Shown here: positions 62,924 to 64,000 of the stretch, piece after piece | Layout: each line of letters starts with the position of its first letter | Numbering within the stretch: position 1 is the stretch's first letter | Assembly (NCBI GenBank): GCA_040402415.1 | Contig: JBBAMS010000006.1 | Span: 214-64,213 of the forward strand | Reading direction: 5' to 3' | DNA length: 64,000 nucleotides | Origin: Candidatus Planktophila sp. | GTDB lineage: Bacteria; Actinomycetota; Actinomycetes; Nanopelagicales; Nanopelagicaceae | Translations under genes and position numbers: made by a program | The notes under the pieces: model-generated | The model's input: only the letters and a program-made list of their open reading frames with translations | What the model was told of the DNA's origin: nothing | Database searches by the model: none

Positions 62924-63454
62924 ATGTCTGAAGCAACCGATAATAAAAAAGGCCGCCCAACTCCAAAGCGCAAGGAAGCCGAAGCTGCTCGCAAAGTTTC
63001 TTCCCTCGCTCCCGCTTCCACCAAAGCTGAGAAGGCTCGCGCAAAAGAGATAGCAAAAACTGCTCGTATCGCACAACGCGCAGCATTTATGCGTGGCGAC
63101 GAGAGCGCACTTCCGCTTCGAGACAAAGGCCCAGTGAAGAAGTACGTCCGTAACTACGTTGATTCACGTCGTTCTATCGGTGAATATTTCTTGCCAGTTA
63201 TCTTCGTCGTTCTCTTCTTAACTCTGATTCCTTCTAAAATTTTCCAGCTAGGTAGTATCGCAATCATGTACACGGTGCTCTTAATATCTGTTGTAGATGG
63301 ATTCCTTCTCACTCGCAAAATCAAAGGTGATGTCGCGGCTAAGTTTGCTGGCGCAGAGCTCAAGGGCCTCGGCATGTATGGCTGGTTGCGATCAACTCAG
63401 ATGCGCAGAATGCGCACACCTAAGCCATCAATCAAAGCTGGCGAGCCCTTTTAA
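62924..63454 (+). CDS. DUF3043 domain membrane protein
   Basis: KGRPTPKRKEAE, RDKGPV, YVDSRR, RSTQMRRMR.P; Rv2206-like synteny. Confidence 0.88.
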   Translation: MSEATDNKKGRPTPKRKEAEAARKVSSLAPASTKAEKARAKEIAKTARIAQRAAFMRGDESALPLRDKGPVKKYVRNYVDSRRSIGEYFLPVIFVVLFLTLIPSKIFQLGSIAIMYTVLLISVVDGFLLTRKIKGDVAAKFAGAELKGLGMYGWLRSTQMRRMRTPKPSIKAGEPF

Positions 63455-63459
63455 AGAAA

Positions 63460-64000
63460 TTAAGCACGAGGGTTCGGGCTCTCGTTCTTCTTGGGATCAC
63501 GCTCTGGCAGATTTCCAAGTGCGCTATCAATTGCTGTCATGACATCGGCTGAGAGTTTTACTCCTGATGCCTTCACATTTTCCTTCACCTGAGAAGGCTT
63601 GGTAGCTCCCATAATTGCTGAGGAAACATTGTCATTGTTAAGCACCCACGCCAGAGCGAGTTGAGACATAGAAAGGTCCAACCCGTCAGCGATTGGCCTC
63701 AACTTCTGTACAGCATTTAAAATTTCATCTGACATCAATCGAGAGATAAAGTTCGCCCCACTCTTTTTATCTGTTGCTCGAGAGCCTGCCGGAGCTTTCT
63801 TACCAGGAAGATACTTTCCGGTGAGAACGCCTTGAGCCATTGGTGACCACACTATTTGGCCAATTCCTTCTTTTCTCGAGAGCGGCACAACTTCGGCTTC
63901 AATCACGCGCCATAACGCTGAGTATTGAGGCTGGCTTGAAACAAATCGGTTGTAACCGCGTGCATCCTGAATCTCCAGTGCCGCAGCAATCTGCTGTGCA
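63460..64000 (-). CDS. Aldo/keto reductase (5' part beyond window end)
   Basis: Frame is open to the window edge: ...FVSSQPQYSALWR.IE, WSPMAQGVLTGKY, QLALAWVL, AIMGATKPSQV.EN. Confidence 0.9.
   Translation of the reverse strand, partial: AQQIAAALEIQDARGYNRFVSSQPQYSALWRVIEAEVVPLSRKEGIGQIVWSPMAQGVLTGKYLPGKKAPAGSRATDKKSGANFISRLMSDEILNAVQKLRPIADGLDLSMSQLALAWVLNNDNVSSAIMGATKPSQVKENVKASGVKLSADVMTAIDSALGNLPERDPKKNESPNPRA

Noticed and set aside
1-64000. CRISPR arrays, IS elements, rRNA, tandem repeats, defence systems
   Set aside because: None seen; there is no unexplained non-coding gap longer than about 150 bp.

Overview
This is a very gene-dense, mid-GC (roughly 48-50% by eye) core chromosome segment from an Actinobacterium. 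Gene content, synteny and extreme compaction point to a streamlined freshwater acI lineage (Nanopelagicales, Planktophila-like); the taxon is inferred. Gene order: partial pyrR with its PyrR-binding leader, divergent bldD, nusB-efp, aro genes, mltG-ruvX-alaS, aspS-hisS, rel-secF-secD-ruvBAC-yebC-pdxTS, PIM lipid genes, thrS, a pabBC-like pair, tRNA-Gly/Cys/Val, transporters, a complete hydroxyproline catabolic cluster, trpD, the bcc-aa3 supercomplex genes (split by a beta-alanine-type catabolic module), adoK, an A-type Fe-S carrier and nadA. I found no mobile element, CRISPR array or defence island. The strongest leads are at residue level: (1) coordinated loss of the Mg/Mn-site ligands in both cytochrome aa3 subunits; (2) a 198-aa EF-G2-derived pseudo-GTPase; (3) an IscS-like protein lacking its PLP-binding residues but keeping the persulfide Cys; (4) a BldD with an intact c-di-GMP motif; (5) pervasive leaderless promoters, some back-to-back. 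All family assignments come from motif recognition and remembered synteny, not database searches.
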